The notes beneath the pieces are model-generated. The model saw only the letters and a program-made list of their open reading frames with translations. It did not search any database and was not told the origin of the DNA. A stretch of DNA of 55,881 bases, filler included, from Sphacelaria rigidula (Eukaryota), in NCBI GenBank assembly GCA_964200075.2. It is 5 parts of 5 records of this genome, joined end to end, with 100 filler letters (N's around TTAATTAATTAA, not from the genome) between each part and the next. Parts side by side here need not be neighbours in the genome. Positions count along the whole stretch, not along the records: positions 33,591 to 44,686 come from CAXNAA020005393.1; positions 44,787 to 55,881 come from CAXNAA020005394.1; 3 more parts are not named here. The stretch is one strand, 5' to 3'. The translations under genes were made by a program, and so were the position numbers. This document shows, piece after piece, positions 38,932 through 50,900 of the stretch. The stretch's first letter is position 1. Each line of letters opens with the position of its first letter.

Positions 38932-40596
38932 CTGCACTGATACCGCATTTTACTCCGCTACATATACACAACTAACTACACATCCCTTGCCGCGAGCATC
39001 GTAGCGCAGGTTTGATATATATTACATCAATAACTGAAGGATAAACAAAAAACCTGGCACCGCCCTGATGTACCATATACGCCGCCTGCGTACTTTACAC
39101 TTTGCGCCCATGAACACTCATACCTGCGCTCTACCCTGGTGGAATCTCGGAATAGACCCTGCAGAGACATTGATGTCACAAGGAGACAGCGGAACTTCGT
39201 CTGTGAGTCCACAAAGCTTCATAACAACCAGCTATACATGGGACACCAACGCATCACGAATCTTGATGCATGTGCAGTACGGATCAAGAGGGTCTAGTGC
39301 CTACAGTGTTGGATGGCGGCCCACAAAGTGTCGTCTATCGTCGGATTAACAACCAAACACCAAACACCCTACACGCCAAGATTAGATAGATCACCAGGGA
39401 AGGTTCGCGAAACGATTGCAACCGGACCCCTCTGAATGAAACTTGATTTGTCACCTCTACTCGTACTGCTGTCGAATGCTACACTTGCTGCGTTATTCAT
39501 GTCGCGGAACAAACAGCGCATGACCCCCCAATACGTTATTTTTTTGTGGCTACTTTGAAGTATATTCTGGGCGGGCAACAAATCAACTACTGCGTACATC
39601 GGGATAAGTCGCGTCCCAAACAAGTACGCTTGTGTGATTTTCGATCAGCCACTTGGCCGGTCGTGTGTAGTTATCCAGCATTCTTACCTCAACTACAAGA
39701 TTGCTGGACGCGATCCGGGCATCACGTGAGTGCGCGACGAAATACGTGCCAGCCCCTTGGTCGGCCACGCATTGCTACCCAAGTACCAGATCATTAAACG
39801 CAACGATCCCACTCCTTTAATCAGACATACACACGCGGAGATTACAACAAAGCAGGGGGATGCGAACCTACGAAACAACAGGGCAAGGTACGTACGAAGT
39901 CATCAGTTGCTCTCCCGGAGCTTCTAAACACCAAACCCAAAATAGCAGCAGTCACTATCGGCACTGAAAATTGCTTCAAACACAAGGACAAGTCGTCATT
40001 GTACAACACCTGCTACATTTCACAAAAGTTGACCAATTTTATACAGCGAAATAGTTTGCCCCGTGACCACCCACACATGAAGCCAATATATCAACGGCCC
40101 AGGCCGAACATGTCCGAATCGTCTCCCACGTTCTCATACACGCACCTTTTGCCATTTCAACTTCCAAAACAGCGCTCGAATTTACACAACCCATCGCAGA
40201 CCTTCCGAAGGTCCATCACTGACAACGGGTCCGTTGTTTGGAAGCAGCTCATCAAGAGCACCTCATTCCCTTCGTTTCTCCTCTCTTTACAACCCTCCCT
40301 GCCGCCGAGTTTCGCCACATCTCGCCAATGATGTGCGCCTCAAACACAGTCGCACCATCAACACCGAAAGGAGCCGCACGTATGGCCTGCACTCGTGGGA
40401 TGATAACCACATACCACGCGCCACACTTGGAGTACAACTCATCGTCCAGTCAAGTCGAACAAAACTGACCACCTGCCCTCTTGCGACCCCCGGCGCCCTC
40501 GCCTATCCCTCGCCACAAGACGATCAAGGCCTTAGCCCGTGCAAAGCTAAGTGAACGACGACGTTGACACCGACAACTGCAAAGGTCAACGCCACG

Positions 40597-42984
40597 CTAA
40601 CGCGTGCGGTGTAACCTGACAACCGACGGCGGATTTTCCGGAGACGACGAGGAACCGCGGCCCTTTACTGTCATCGTTTGCGGCGGCGAAGAAGATCGGC
40701 CGGCGCCAGGCGTGCCGAAGAGGCTCTCCATGGTCTCAGCGCCCCCGCGACGGCGGGTGGCAGGAGAGATGGAAGCAGGGTGCGGTCTCGTGACGAACGG
40801 CTTCATTACAAACGTCAGCAGTTGAGCCAGCTGATCTCCGAGGGAGTAGGATTGCGTTGGGCGCGTACCAGCCGTGCTCGGGCTCAGAGCCTGTTCACAT
40901 GTGTATGTGTGTGTGTGTGTGCGTGCATGTTCACGGGAATGTGATACCCGGACAGGTATTAGATGTTGGCGACGGTTTGAAGGACCGGTAGACATGAAGG
41001 AACGAGAAGAACGCGATTATTTTGAGGTTAATTTGGAGGGAGTCTCGACAACAGGACGGTCGCTTCTGCCAAGGCCTCAAACGGGTAGGTGCATAAAAGT
41101 ACTGGTCTGACTTCAGTGGTGTGTGCGTGGCGAGTATGAGCTCGAATACTGACGTCACACTTTGCGCTCGAGTACTGAACCACCTCGTCTGAGTGTGCTC
41201 AGGCAGATGAGAACAAGCTTCACCTGCTCCCTCCCTCTTTACAAGCCTTTAAAGTCGACCTCGACGTAAGTCCGCGAGGAAGACGCTTTTTCACGCTGCA
41301 TACGCTACGCTTGTGTTGGGTCACGTGTTCAGGCGGACCCCTACAGAGTCAACAAAGTACCTGAACATAAGTGAGTGATCAACTTCTCCTGCGGAACGCT
41401 GCGAAACGCTACTTATAAGCCCCCTCTCCCCATTCCCCCCCTACCCTTCCCGCCGTCCCTCGCGCGTGCCCCATATATGTTGTCTCTTCACCTTTCGCAT
41501 GGTGACCTTCGACGTCCGCACATTTTGCAGCAAGAACCCACTCGTGTCGTACCGGCGCGCAGCCCGGTCCACGAACAGGGGAACGAACCCCATCCCCTCA
41601 TAAAAATTCAAGGCGGCTTCGTTATCTTCCTCGACCTTTAGTTGGCAGTCCCGCCATGAAAGAGTAACACACATGCACACATACACACAGAGAGCGGTTG
41701 GTTTTTGAGGCGGAGCCACAACGGGAAGCACCTGAACCACTTTCTGGCTCTGGCAACGCCGTAGTAGGCTGCAAACGCTACGGCATTTCGCTCACGAGTA
41801 TTTTTGTCCCACCGTACCTTCCATTCTCAGCTATTTGAACGCACTCCGTAAATATTGTACCGCTGCCAGTCCTTCCGCGCGGGTGTTTTGTCAACAACTA
41901 TCGGAGACCACGCGCACTGCAACAGCACGGTGATGAAAAACATTCAACTTCCTCCGAAGCAGCGTCTCGAACCGGTGGCGAGGAAAAACAAGCAAACAAA
42001 AAAGTGCGCGCGAACTAACTTTTCATCAGATATCAGAGCTCTATAATACCTGGAGGATTACTTCTTCAAAATCCCACGTGTGTATCATGTCCTCGCACGC
42101 GTCCATCAACGCCGTACCGATACCGGACCGCCGATATTCTCGGTCGACGGCAAGGTTGGACACCACCGGCCGCGTGTCAGACAGCGGGACCCCGCTCCCC
42201 ATGCCGTACTTGGACCCGGCAACCGCCGACACCTCGATGAAGCCCACCATCTTATCGTTTCGCCTACACTCAGCATCAGCAGACAGGCACAACAGCGCGA
42301 TACCGCCATGGATTCACGTTCATGTTCGAGAGGTGGCGTAGAAGGACGAGAAGGTCTCCCTCATGTTTGTGAAGAAAGGATGAGGGTGGCGGTGATACCC
42401 ACCAATTATCTTGGAATGTGTTAGCAGCTTCATATCATTTCTTGTCCTTCCAAGCCACGGTAGGCTACGAACACTAAGTAAACAAGCAAGAAAGAAGAAG
42501 CAACAGCGCGCAGTACAGCCATGCTCGCACAACGTAAAGCATGCCCTGGGAGTACAAGGCAGCCGTGTGATTTGTTATACTCTCGAGAGCCCTTCCCTTC
42601 ATCGACCTGGCGAAACAGAAACGAGGGAGTTACGGCACAAAATCGCCCAACGACCAGTTCAGGCATCTAAAGGGCGATGAATCCTCGTGGGTAGGGGAGA
42701 GTGGCGCTGGGAAAACAAAGAAAACGGTCCGGGGAGCAAAGCGGGGGCTTGGGGGCGACAAAAAAGCTTACCGTGTGTCGATCGCCTTGAACATCACACT
42801 CTCCTCGCGGTTGCACCTCGACTCCAAATCTTGCCGCTGTTCACCCGCAAGCTGCCGTAGCTGGGCCGCCTTCCACGGGCTGTCCGCTTCGCCGAAAAAC
42901 ACCTGACGGCAAGACATAAAGACGAACGAACGCATCATTCTTCAGGTGATAACTGTAGTGTCATTTCTGCTCTCTCTCTCTCTT

Positions 42985-43023
<39 letters not shown>

Positions 43024-44525
43024 GGATGGGATGTATCCTGATTTCGTAGAAAACATCTTGGTGACAAACTATTCACGCCAACCGCATCGTCACACAATGG
43101 ACGAAGATTGTGATTGGAACGAAACAGTACATCGCCGTGCGTTTTCAGGAAACGCGAAACGAGCCGGATCACTTGACTGTTCGACCTTGAAAACGGAACA
43201 CACAGCACAATTCGGGAATGCAACATGATCTGTACACCAGTTGACCATGCCCATTACGCGAACCACACGGAGGAAGAAACAGTTGGCTCAGTCCATCTAG
43301 CGCATCAGGTCACTAGTTCAATATCGGTCGGGCGGGCTTTGGGCGAGTTCGGAATACATGTTTTTGGCGAAAAGATACAACGCATGAAAAAAACAGGCCA
43401 TTGCCACGCGTGCGTCGCGTGTCGTGATCCTTCCCCACATAAACCACGACCAGGAGAAGTTTTTGCCGTCACAGAACAACATGAACAGTCACGACAATCG
43501 CGCCTGCTGGACATACAGCGGTGCGTACACAAAGATTCCAGTACACAGATCGGAATTGTACATCACACTGAAAACGTGCGCTCGACCCTGAGTTATGTAT
43601 AGTACAAGACTACTCACGCCCATTACACTGGCTTTGAAGAACTGTTTTTTTTCAGAAACTCCCGCGGACCGTCCGTTTACCAACTAACGTCCATCTACTG
43701 ACAAGACCATCCTCCGAAGGTCGCGTCACCGTGCTACCGGCGGGAAAAATAACATAACAATTAGCACAGCCGCTTTCGGGATAAAACCACAACCAACCTT
43801 TATGCAGAGTGCGCCCGCTTCGTCAATATCATTCTGTCCAGCCACCACCACCCTAAACCTTCCTTGTTGCACCCCCGCACGACGTTTATCCGTCACAGGC
43901 TTGAACCACAGCTCTGCTTTTCTCCCTGCCCCCGCCGCCGCCACTTTCTCACCCCCCGCTGCAACTTTCCTCCTCTCCTGCCGAGCGGCAACGCGCGTCC
44001 CGTACCACAGCACTTCGCATTCTTCTGCTTGCTCTACGGCGGCTGCCGCTGCTTCACTTAGTTCCCTCGCTCTCGCTCCCGCCCTTGATTCCGGTGGCGC
44101 TTGTTGAGACCACATGACCGGCGCCACCTTCCTACCAACGTCCAGCACATCGTTTTTACAGCTACTACTACTGCCAGCATACGCGCGCCGTTGGGACGTC
44201 AAGTCCTCTTCGAGACCGTCCAGTAGACCAAGCGAATTGCTCGCGCCTCCGGCGCTCGTCGACGACGCACCTTCATTCACGCTGAAAAGTCCCGTTCTGG
44301 TGCCTTTACTACCGCTAGTCCCGCTACTACTGATGGTCGCGGTACTTTTTTCTCTGCCCCTGAACCAAAAGCACCCCCAGCCGCCACCAGGTACAAAAAA
44401 CCTCATGGAAGCACGAGAGGACGAAGAAGTCCGCCATCGACGTGACGACGGCGGAGCTGCTGATGATGACTTAGCGACAGTGTTGCACGAGCCAGGCCCG
44501 GATAACAAAAGGGACGGCTTGAACC
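40597..44525 (-). CDS. GNAT-family N-acetyltransferase; first exon off contig, possibly plastid-targeted
   Basis: Exons on the minus strand: 44525-43798, 42902-42772 (VFFGEADSPWKAAQL), 42263-42050 (MVGFIEV...PVVSNLAVDREYRRSGIGTALM, the acetyl-CoA binding motif A), 41635-41492 (VEEDNEAALNFYEGMGF, motif B), 40890-40597 (ALSP...stop). Phases are compatible. Confidence 0.88.
42970..43023. repeat. (CT)n microsatellite
   Basis: Direct inspection. Confidence 0.95.
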
Positions 44526-44686
44526 CTGGACACCCAAACGCGAGGCAATCTGAACGTCATCAGGGACAGTTGCGGGCGGAGCAGGGAACATGGGGTCGTC
44601 AGTCCGTGGGTGCGGGGTGGGTAGCGGGGTGGGCAGGAGAGGGACTGGAGGGGGGGGGAGGGGGGGGGGGCGTACTCATTTGTTGC

Positions 44687-44786
44687 NNNNNNNNNNNNNN
44701 NNNNNNNNNNNNNNNNNNNNNNNNNNNNNNTTAATTAATTAANNNNNNNNNNNNNNNNNNNNNNNNNNNNNNNNNNNNNNNNNNNN
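44687..44786. other. Artificial contig linker
   Basis: 44 N + TTAATTAATTAA + 44 N. Confidence 0.99.
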
Positions 44787-44989
44787 ATGATCATGAGTAC
44801 ACCCCCCCCCCCCTATAGTAGGATGACTCTGCGGCTAGATCAACCTATTATGCCTTTGAGCTGTCGACATTGAACACAGTACTCTTGGCCCTGTACCCAC
44901 CTTGCGCTGACCGGCTGTACACGTGGAGCGCCGTTGTGGGTCTTACGTTGACCCTTTTTCACTGCTTCTGCGTCGTGACTACATTATAG

Positions 44990-47900
44990 GGCAAGTATAC
45001 TGAGGCCGACCGTCTCTTCGAGCGATGTCAGGCGATGCTGGAGAAGGTTCTCGGCCCGGAGCACCTGACCTTGGCCGAAACGCTCGACGACCGTGCGGGT
45101 TTGTTTCAAGCTCAGGTTAGAGCCGATGAAACTTTGTCGTAGTAGTGTGTCGACCCTATGAACGACATTGTGTAGTGTTGATGTTGGTCGATCGTCCTGA
45201 GAACCAACGTTGACTGACAGAGTCAGTGCGGGAACGCCAGCCTGTTTTACCCCTGAGCCATCGGGATCGGGCGCAGGGCTCTTGACCCTGTAGACACAGC
45301 GCTCACCGGCTGCACATCAAGGTGGGGCGGTGTGTGTAAGCGTCTCGCAACCGTTGTGAATCCGACATTGATAGTTATGGGCTGCTTTCGCGTCATGAAC
45401 TGCATTCTATTGTTGACATACGGCATGCTGTGCTTTATGCAGGGCAAGTACGACGAGGCTGAGACACTCTACGAGCGGTGCCAGGTGATGAGAGAGAAGA
45501 TTCTCGGGCCGGAGCACCCGGTCTTCGCCTTCACGCTTCACAGCCGTGCGCAGTTGTCGAAAGCCCAGGTGAGAGCCGGTCGAACATTGTCGTAGTCGTT
45601 TGATGATGCGTGAAGAACGTTGTTTGGTGTTGGCATTGTTCACTGGTCCGGTGGGTAAGCTTAACTGACCAAGTGAGTGCGGCGAGGCCAGCCCGTTGTA
45701 TCTCTGAGCCGGCAAGACTGGGCAAAGTATAGACCCTGTACACATATCGCTCGCCGCCTGCACACGTGGGCGGGGCGGTAGCGTGAGCGTCTTGCAGCCG
45801 ATGTGGGTTCGACGTTCACCATTGCGGGATATTTCTGCGTCGCTTACTGCATTGCAGGGCAAGTACGCTGAAGCTGAGGAACGCTATGAGCGGTGCCAGG
45901 CGATCAGAGAGAATATTCTTGGTCCGGAACACCCAAGCGTAGCGGCAACGCTTGGGAGCCGTGCGGTGCTGCTTCAGGCTCAGGTGAGAGCCGATGGAAC
46001 TCCCTCGTGATCGTGTATCGTTGCGTGAAGGACACTGTGTGGTGTTGATGTTGTTTCCTGGTCCTGTGGGCAACGTTGACCGCAAGTGTCAGTGTGGCGG
46101 TGCCTGCCCGTTGTACCTCTGAGCGGTAGAGATCTGGCATGGTATCCTCGGCCCCGAACGTGTGGCCCTCTCCGGCTGTACAACTAGGCGGGGCGGTGAC
46201 GCGAGCTTCTGGCCGACGTTGTAGGTTCAGTATTGACTTTTACAGGCTGTCTCTACGTTTTGTACTCATTGCAGGGCAAGTATACCGAGGCCGAGGTACT
46301 CTACGAGCGGTGCCAGGCGGTGCAGGAGAAGGTTCTTGGCCCAGTGAATCCTAATTTGGCCACGACGCTTCACAACCGTGCGGGGTTGTTGCGAGACCAG
46401 GTGGGAGTAAATGTATATTTCTCGTTGTCGTGTGTCGACGTGTGAAACATTGTATGGTGCTGACATTCTCGCTCAACCTGTAAGCCAAAGTTGATTAACA
46501 GAGTGACTGCAGCAGGGCGAACCTGTTATAGCTCTAAGCCATCGAGATCGAGCACAGTGTCGTTGACTGTACACATAGCCGTTGGCGAGGCGGTAGCGCA
46601 AGCGTCTCGCTAAGGCTCCAGGTCCGATGCTGGCCGTCACAAGGTGCTGCTACGTCGTGTACTACATTGCAGGGCAAGTACGCCGAGGCTGAGACACTCT
46701 ACGAGCAGTGCCAGGCGATCGAGGAGAAGGTTCTCGGTCCGGAGCACCCACATTTGGCCACAACGCTGAACAACCTTGCGGGGTTGTTGCGAGACCAGGT
46801 GGGAGTCAATGTACCTTTCTCGTTGTCGTGTGCCGAGGTGTGGACGGCATTGTGTGGTGCTGATATTCTTGCTTCACCTGTGGGTTAAAGTTGACTAACA
46901 TAGTGACTGCAGCAGGGCGAACCTGTTATAGCTCTGAGCCATCGAGATCGAGCACAGTTATGGGGGGGGTGAATGGGGCCCGATTTTGGGCACTATATAT
47001 CGGTAAAATGGACCGACCACAATCCATTGCAGAAAAAATGACGCGTAATCGAGCCAATCGTATCAATCACAAATACACACATCATCTCCAAATAACGACC
47101 TCGCTCATATGAGATGTAGTCTAACTTCAGTACATATTTACAAGCCTGTGAGGGGTCGGTGTCGCGGAAATGTAGTTGCTCCGGCGACTGCACTGATAGA
47201 TTGTTGTGTGCTTGTTTCGTTTAGCTGTTGCACGCGGGACTTACACACCCACTACATTCCACCCAACATTCACTGTCCTTCTCAACATCAGCAGACAAGA
47301 ACACGAAAAGTGGCAGCAGTTGCGGGCGTCACCCCCAAAACCAACCCTACCTAACCCTTTACTCACATACCCCACAAACGAAGCAGCACAGAATATTCAG
47401 ACAATCAGCACATGTGTCGAGTATCGTGGAACCGGCGAGAATGATGTAGACGACGTTGACGAAGATAAAGCGATTCACGCTGTGCGTCTGGGCTGCTCAT
47501 TGCATACCCCGCACCTTCCTGTGATGGCGGGTTCGGAGAGCAATTACTCCATGGGCCCCATGGGCTCAGGATCGTGGCACGAGGGGAAGGAATCACTTTT
47601 GTATTCTCCACCCCTGAAAGCAAACCGTCAACGGCAAACTCCACCTCTGCGACACAAGACACAAGACGTTTAGAGCTATCAGTGTTGAACCGTCGTGTTG
47701 CCTTTTGTGTCATGCCGACCACCACGGCAGCGCAAAGGAGCGCTGCGTAATCAAGGTCCCCACATATCCACTTCACATTACATCGGCACAGAGCAAGTGC
47801 TGGAATGTGCATGTTGGCGCAAATACCCTTGCTCATTTTTGCTTTGTAGTATATAACCCTGAAACCAAGCATTCGATCGAAACTGCAACTTGCCAACCAC

Positions 47901-50900
47901 GATGTTTACATACTTCCTCTGTCTTATAAGTCTGTGCCGAATTGATTTTACGGCCACTTAACCGTGTCCGATGTCTTGGGCGCTAATTTTTTCGAAATCT
48001 TGAGCGATTTTTGGGTTGAAATCCATCTCTTTTTTTTTTCAGCTTGCGCTTAAACCATGCGGCCGAAGGGCCGGAAAACATTGAGTCGGCCCAAAAACGG
48101 CCATATTTTGTCCCTTTCCAGGGGGGCGGTGGGTGGGGCACTTAGCCTAAACCTCCCCTAAAAACACAAGAATTAGCCCAACCCTTGAGCTAACCCCCCC
48201 TATACTCAACCATCCATGACGTGTCCCCTATAATAAAACCAGTATAATAGTTACCCCACACTAAAACGAAGACACTTGGGGATCCCACACTAAAACCAAG
48301 ACACTTGCGGGGCAAAAACAACAACAGTAGGGCCCGAACCCAGCCCCCCTCTACTCAACGATCCATGTCGGGTCCCCCCATACTCGAACCAGTATAATAG
48401 TGAACCCACACTAAGACTAAGATACCTGGGGTTCCACATTAAAACCAATATACTTGGGGGGCCCACACTAAAACCAAGACACTTGTGGGCAAAAAAACAA
48501 CATAGTGCCCGAACCCACCCCCCCTCTACTCAACGATCCATGTCGCGTCCCCCTATACTCAAACCAGTATGATAGTGACCATACACTAAAACTAAGACAC
48601 TTGTGTTTCCACATTAAAACCAAGACACTTGCGGGCAAAAAAAGTGTCTGTTGGTGTTGGGGGAAAAAAAGGGTCAGGGTTAAAATATTCTCAAAAAGGG
48701 CCAAAATGGGCATATTTTGACCTAATTTTTGTGTGTAACACGGTCTTCGATTATTTTTTTTTTAGCCGACTTTGTATGTGTTTTGCCTTTCTAACGCACC
48801 GAACCAAAGGTTAAACGTCAACGTGTAAGTATCCAAACGAATTCACGCGCAATTCGGCACGGACTTATGAGACAGAGGAAGTATTGTTGTTAGTGTACAA
48901 AGGCGGTTGTGGCAACAAACATCGTGGCTGCTGCTATTAGTCAGTGAAGTGTGGTACACCGACGATGGTCAAAACCGCTTTTCACACGTGGGTTTCGGCG
49001 CTTGATCCGTCCGACGTACGCTCAGGCGGCTGTCACGTGTGACCTTGCCCACTTCAATTCGAGAGGTGGCGGGTATTTGCTGTTGTAACGCGAAGTCGCT
49101 TTGCACAGCCACACAGAGGAAACCAGCACGTGGCTTGTTATCGATGCACACAGGCAGTAGTGACAGCACATTTCCTCCAATTTGTTGGGAAAAGGAATCG
49201 ACCCTTGTACACAAGCGCATACAAGAAATAAGTACTACATGGCAGGACGTAAGATACATACACATCTTCCCCCATGTCGAACTGTTCACATATTGTTAAT
49301 AGTATTCACAGTCAGTTACGGGAAACATCATCGCTGTCTCTCGACTGTGAAAGGACCAAAGAACCGAGAAAAAACATTAGGCGCACCGACTTGGCTTATA
49401 CGCCCCGACACTCTGACGTGAAACGGACGCGTTGAGCCTTTCGGTGGCCACCTTGAGTCTTTTTTCAGCCTTCTCCACGCGTTGAGGCGCCGCCTGGAGC
49501 TTGCGTGCGGCTGTCACGGCACAGGATAAGTCTTGACCGGTATTTTCCTTGTACGTCGTGCATGCTGCGCAGGAGGTCGCTTCAATCCTGAGTTTCGAAA
49601 CACCGAGCTTTTCAGAATTCACCATTTTTCACCTCGATAAACGCTGCTGTTCCTGAAGCCGTAAGTGCCGATTTTTCAACGCAGATGTCTCGGCAACGAA
49701 GCAGGGGGTTGAACTGTGGTTTGATGCGTGCGCTTCCTACACACCAGAACTTTTCAGTGCCGCGGCGGATTCCCGTGACGCGCCGCGGGGCCCGCAGCAC
49801 TTGGCAAACCGCCAAAATGTAATGAAAACGCGTTCTGTTCGACGTTCGGGGGCGTTTCGGATCCGCTGTGGCGAATTGAGCAAGGCTGCCGCGGTGCTGA
49901 ATAGATCCAGTGTGTGCGCTGGGGGCTGCCAGGTTCCACAGACCAATTTGCTTCCCGTCTCGAGATTTGTGCGATGGAAAAATTACAGCTGTCGCATACT
50001 TAACGTGGGTAATGGTGGAGCGTGTGTTATGTTCGGCAGAGGTTCGGCAGAGGTTCGGCACAGGTCCGACCAGTCAATAACGTCTTTCATACGTCTTCAA
50101 TATCCCTCCACGTTCATATTTGTTTTTGTTGACAACAGAGTTCTGGTCGGTAAGGCCTTCATTCACCCCCATAACAGTGTCCTTGATCCTGTAAACGTAG
50201 CTGTTAGCGGGGCGGTCGCGCAAGCGTCTCGCAATATCCCTCCGCGTTCATATTTGTTTTTGTTGACAACGGAGTTTTGGTCGGTAAGGCCTTCATTCAC
50301 CCCCATAACAGTGTCCTTGACCCTGTAAACATAGCCGTTGGCGGGGCGGTAGCGCAAGCGTCTCGCTAAGGCTCTAGGTCCGACGTTGGCCGTCACAAGG
50401 TGCTGCTATGTCGTGTACTACATTGCAGGGCAAGTACGCCGAGGCTAAGACACTCTACAAGCGGTGCCAGGCGATCGAGGAAAAGGCTTTCAGCTCGGAG
50501 AACCCACATTTGGCCACAACGCTCAACAACCTTGCGGGTTTGTTGGAAGCTGAGGTAAAAGTTACGAAACTTCCTCGTAGTCGTGTGTCGACGTGTTGAA
50601 CGATGTTTGGTGGTGGAGATGTTGTTCGCTGGTCTTGTGGGCCAGCGTTGACTGACAGATTGTGTAGGGTAATGTCCCGCCGCCATACCTGTGAGCTGTC
50701 GAGATCCGGTATAGCACCCTGGCCATGTACACACAGCGCTCGCCGACTGCACACGAGGGTGAGGTGGCGGTCTGAACGTCTTTTCACCGTTCAAGGTCCG
50801 CCGTTCTAGGTCCACTTTTAACTGTTCTAGGCGGCTCCTACGCCACGTACTACATGACAGGGCAAGTACGCCGAGGCCAAGCCAGTCTACGAGCGGTGCC

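Noticed and set aside
38940-40550. Short ORFs between the kinase and GNAT genes
   Set aside because: No recognisable motifs; likely UTR, intergenic or old TE debris.
44114-44734. 206-aa plus-strand ORF and other long ORFs antisense to exons (e.g. 29710-30201, 100-447)
   Set aside because: Shadow ORFs of GC-rich coding exons on the opposite strand.
46553-46559. CACAGTG (V(D)J RSS heptamer) in TPR intron 4, at the position where the transposon sits in intron 5
   Set aside because: It is not conserved in the other introns and no nonamer was seen at 12/23 spacing. It is likely chance.
48195-48644. Short regularly spaced repeats resembling CRISPR
   Set aside because: The intervening sequences are also repeated, and the tract lies inside a TIR element.
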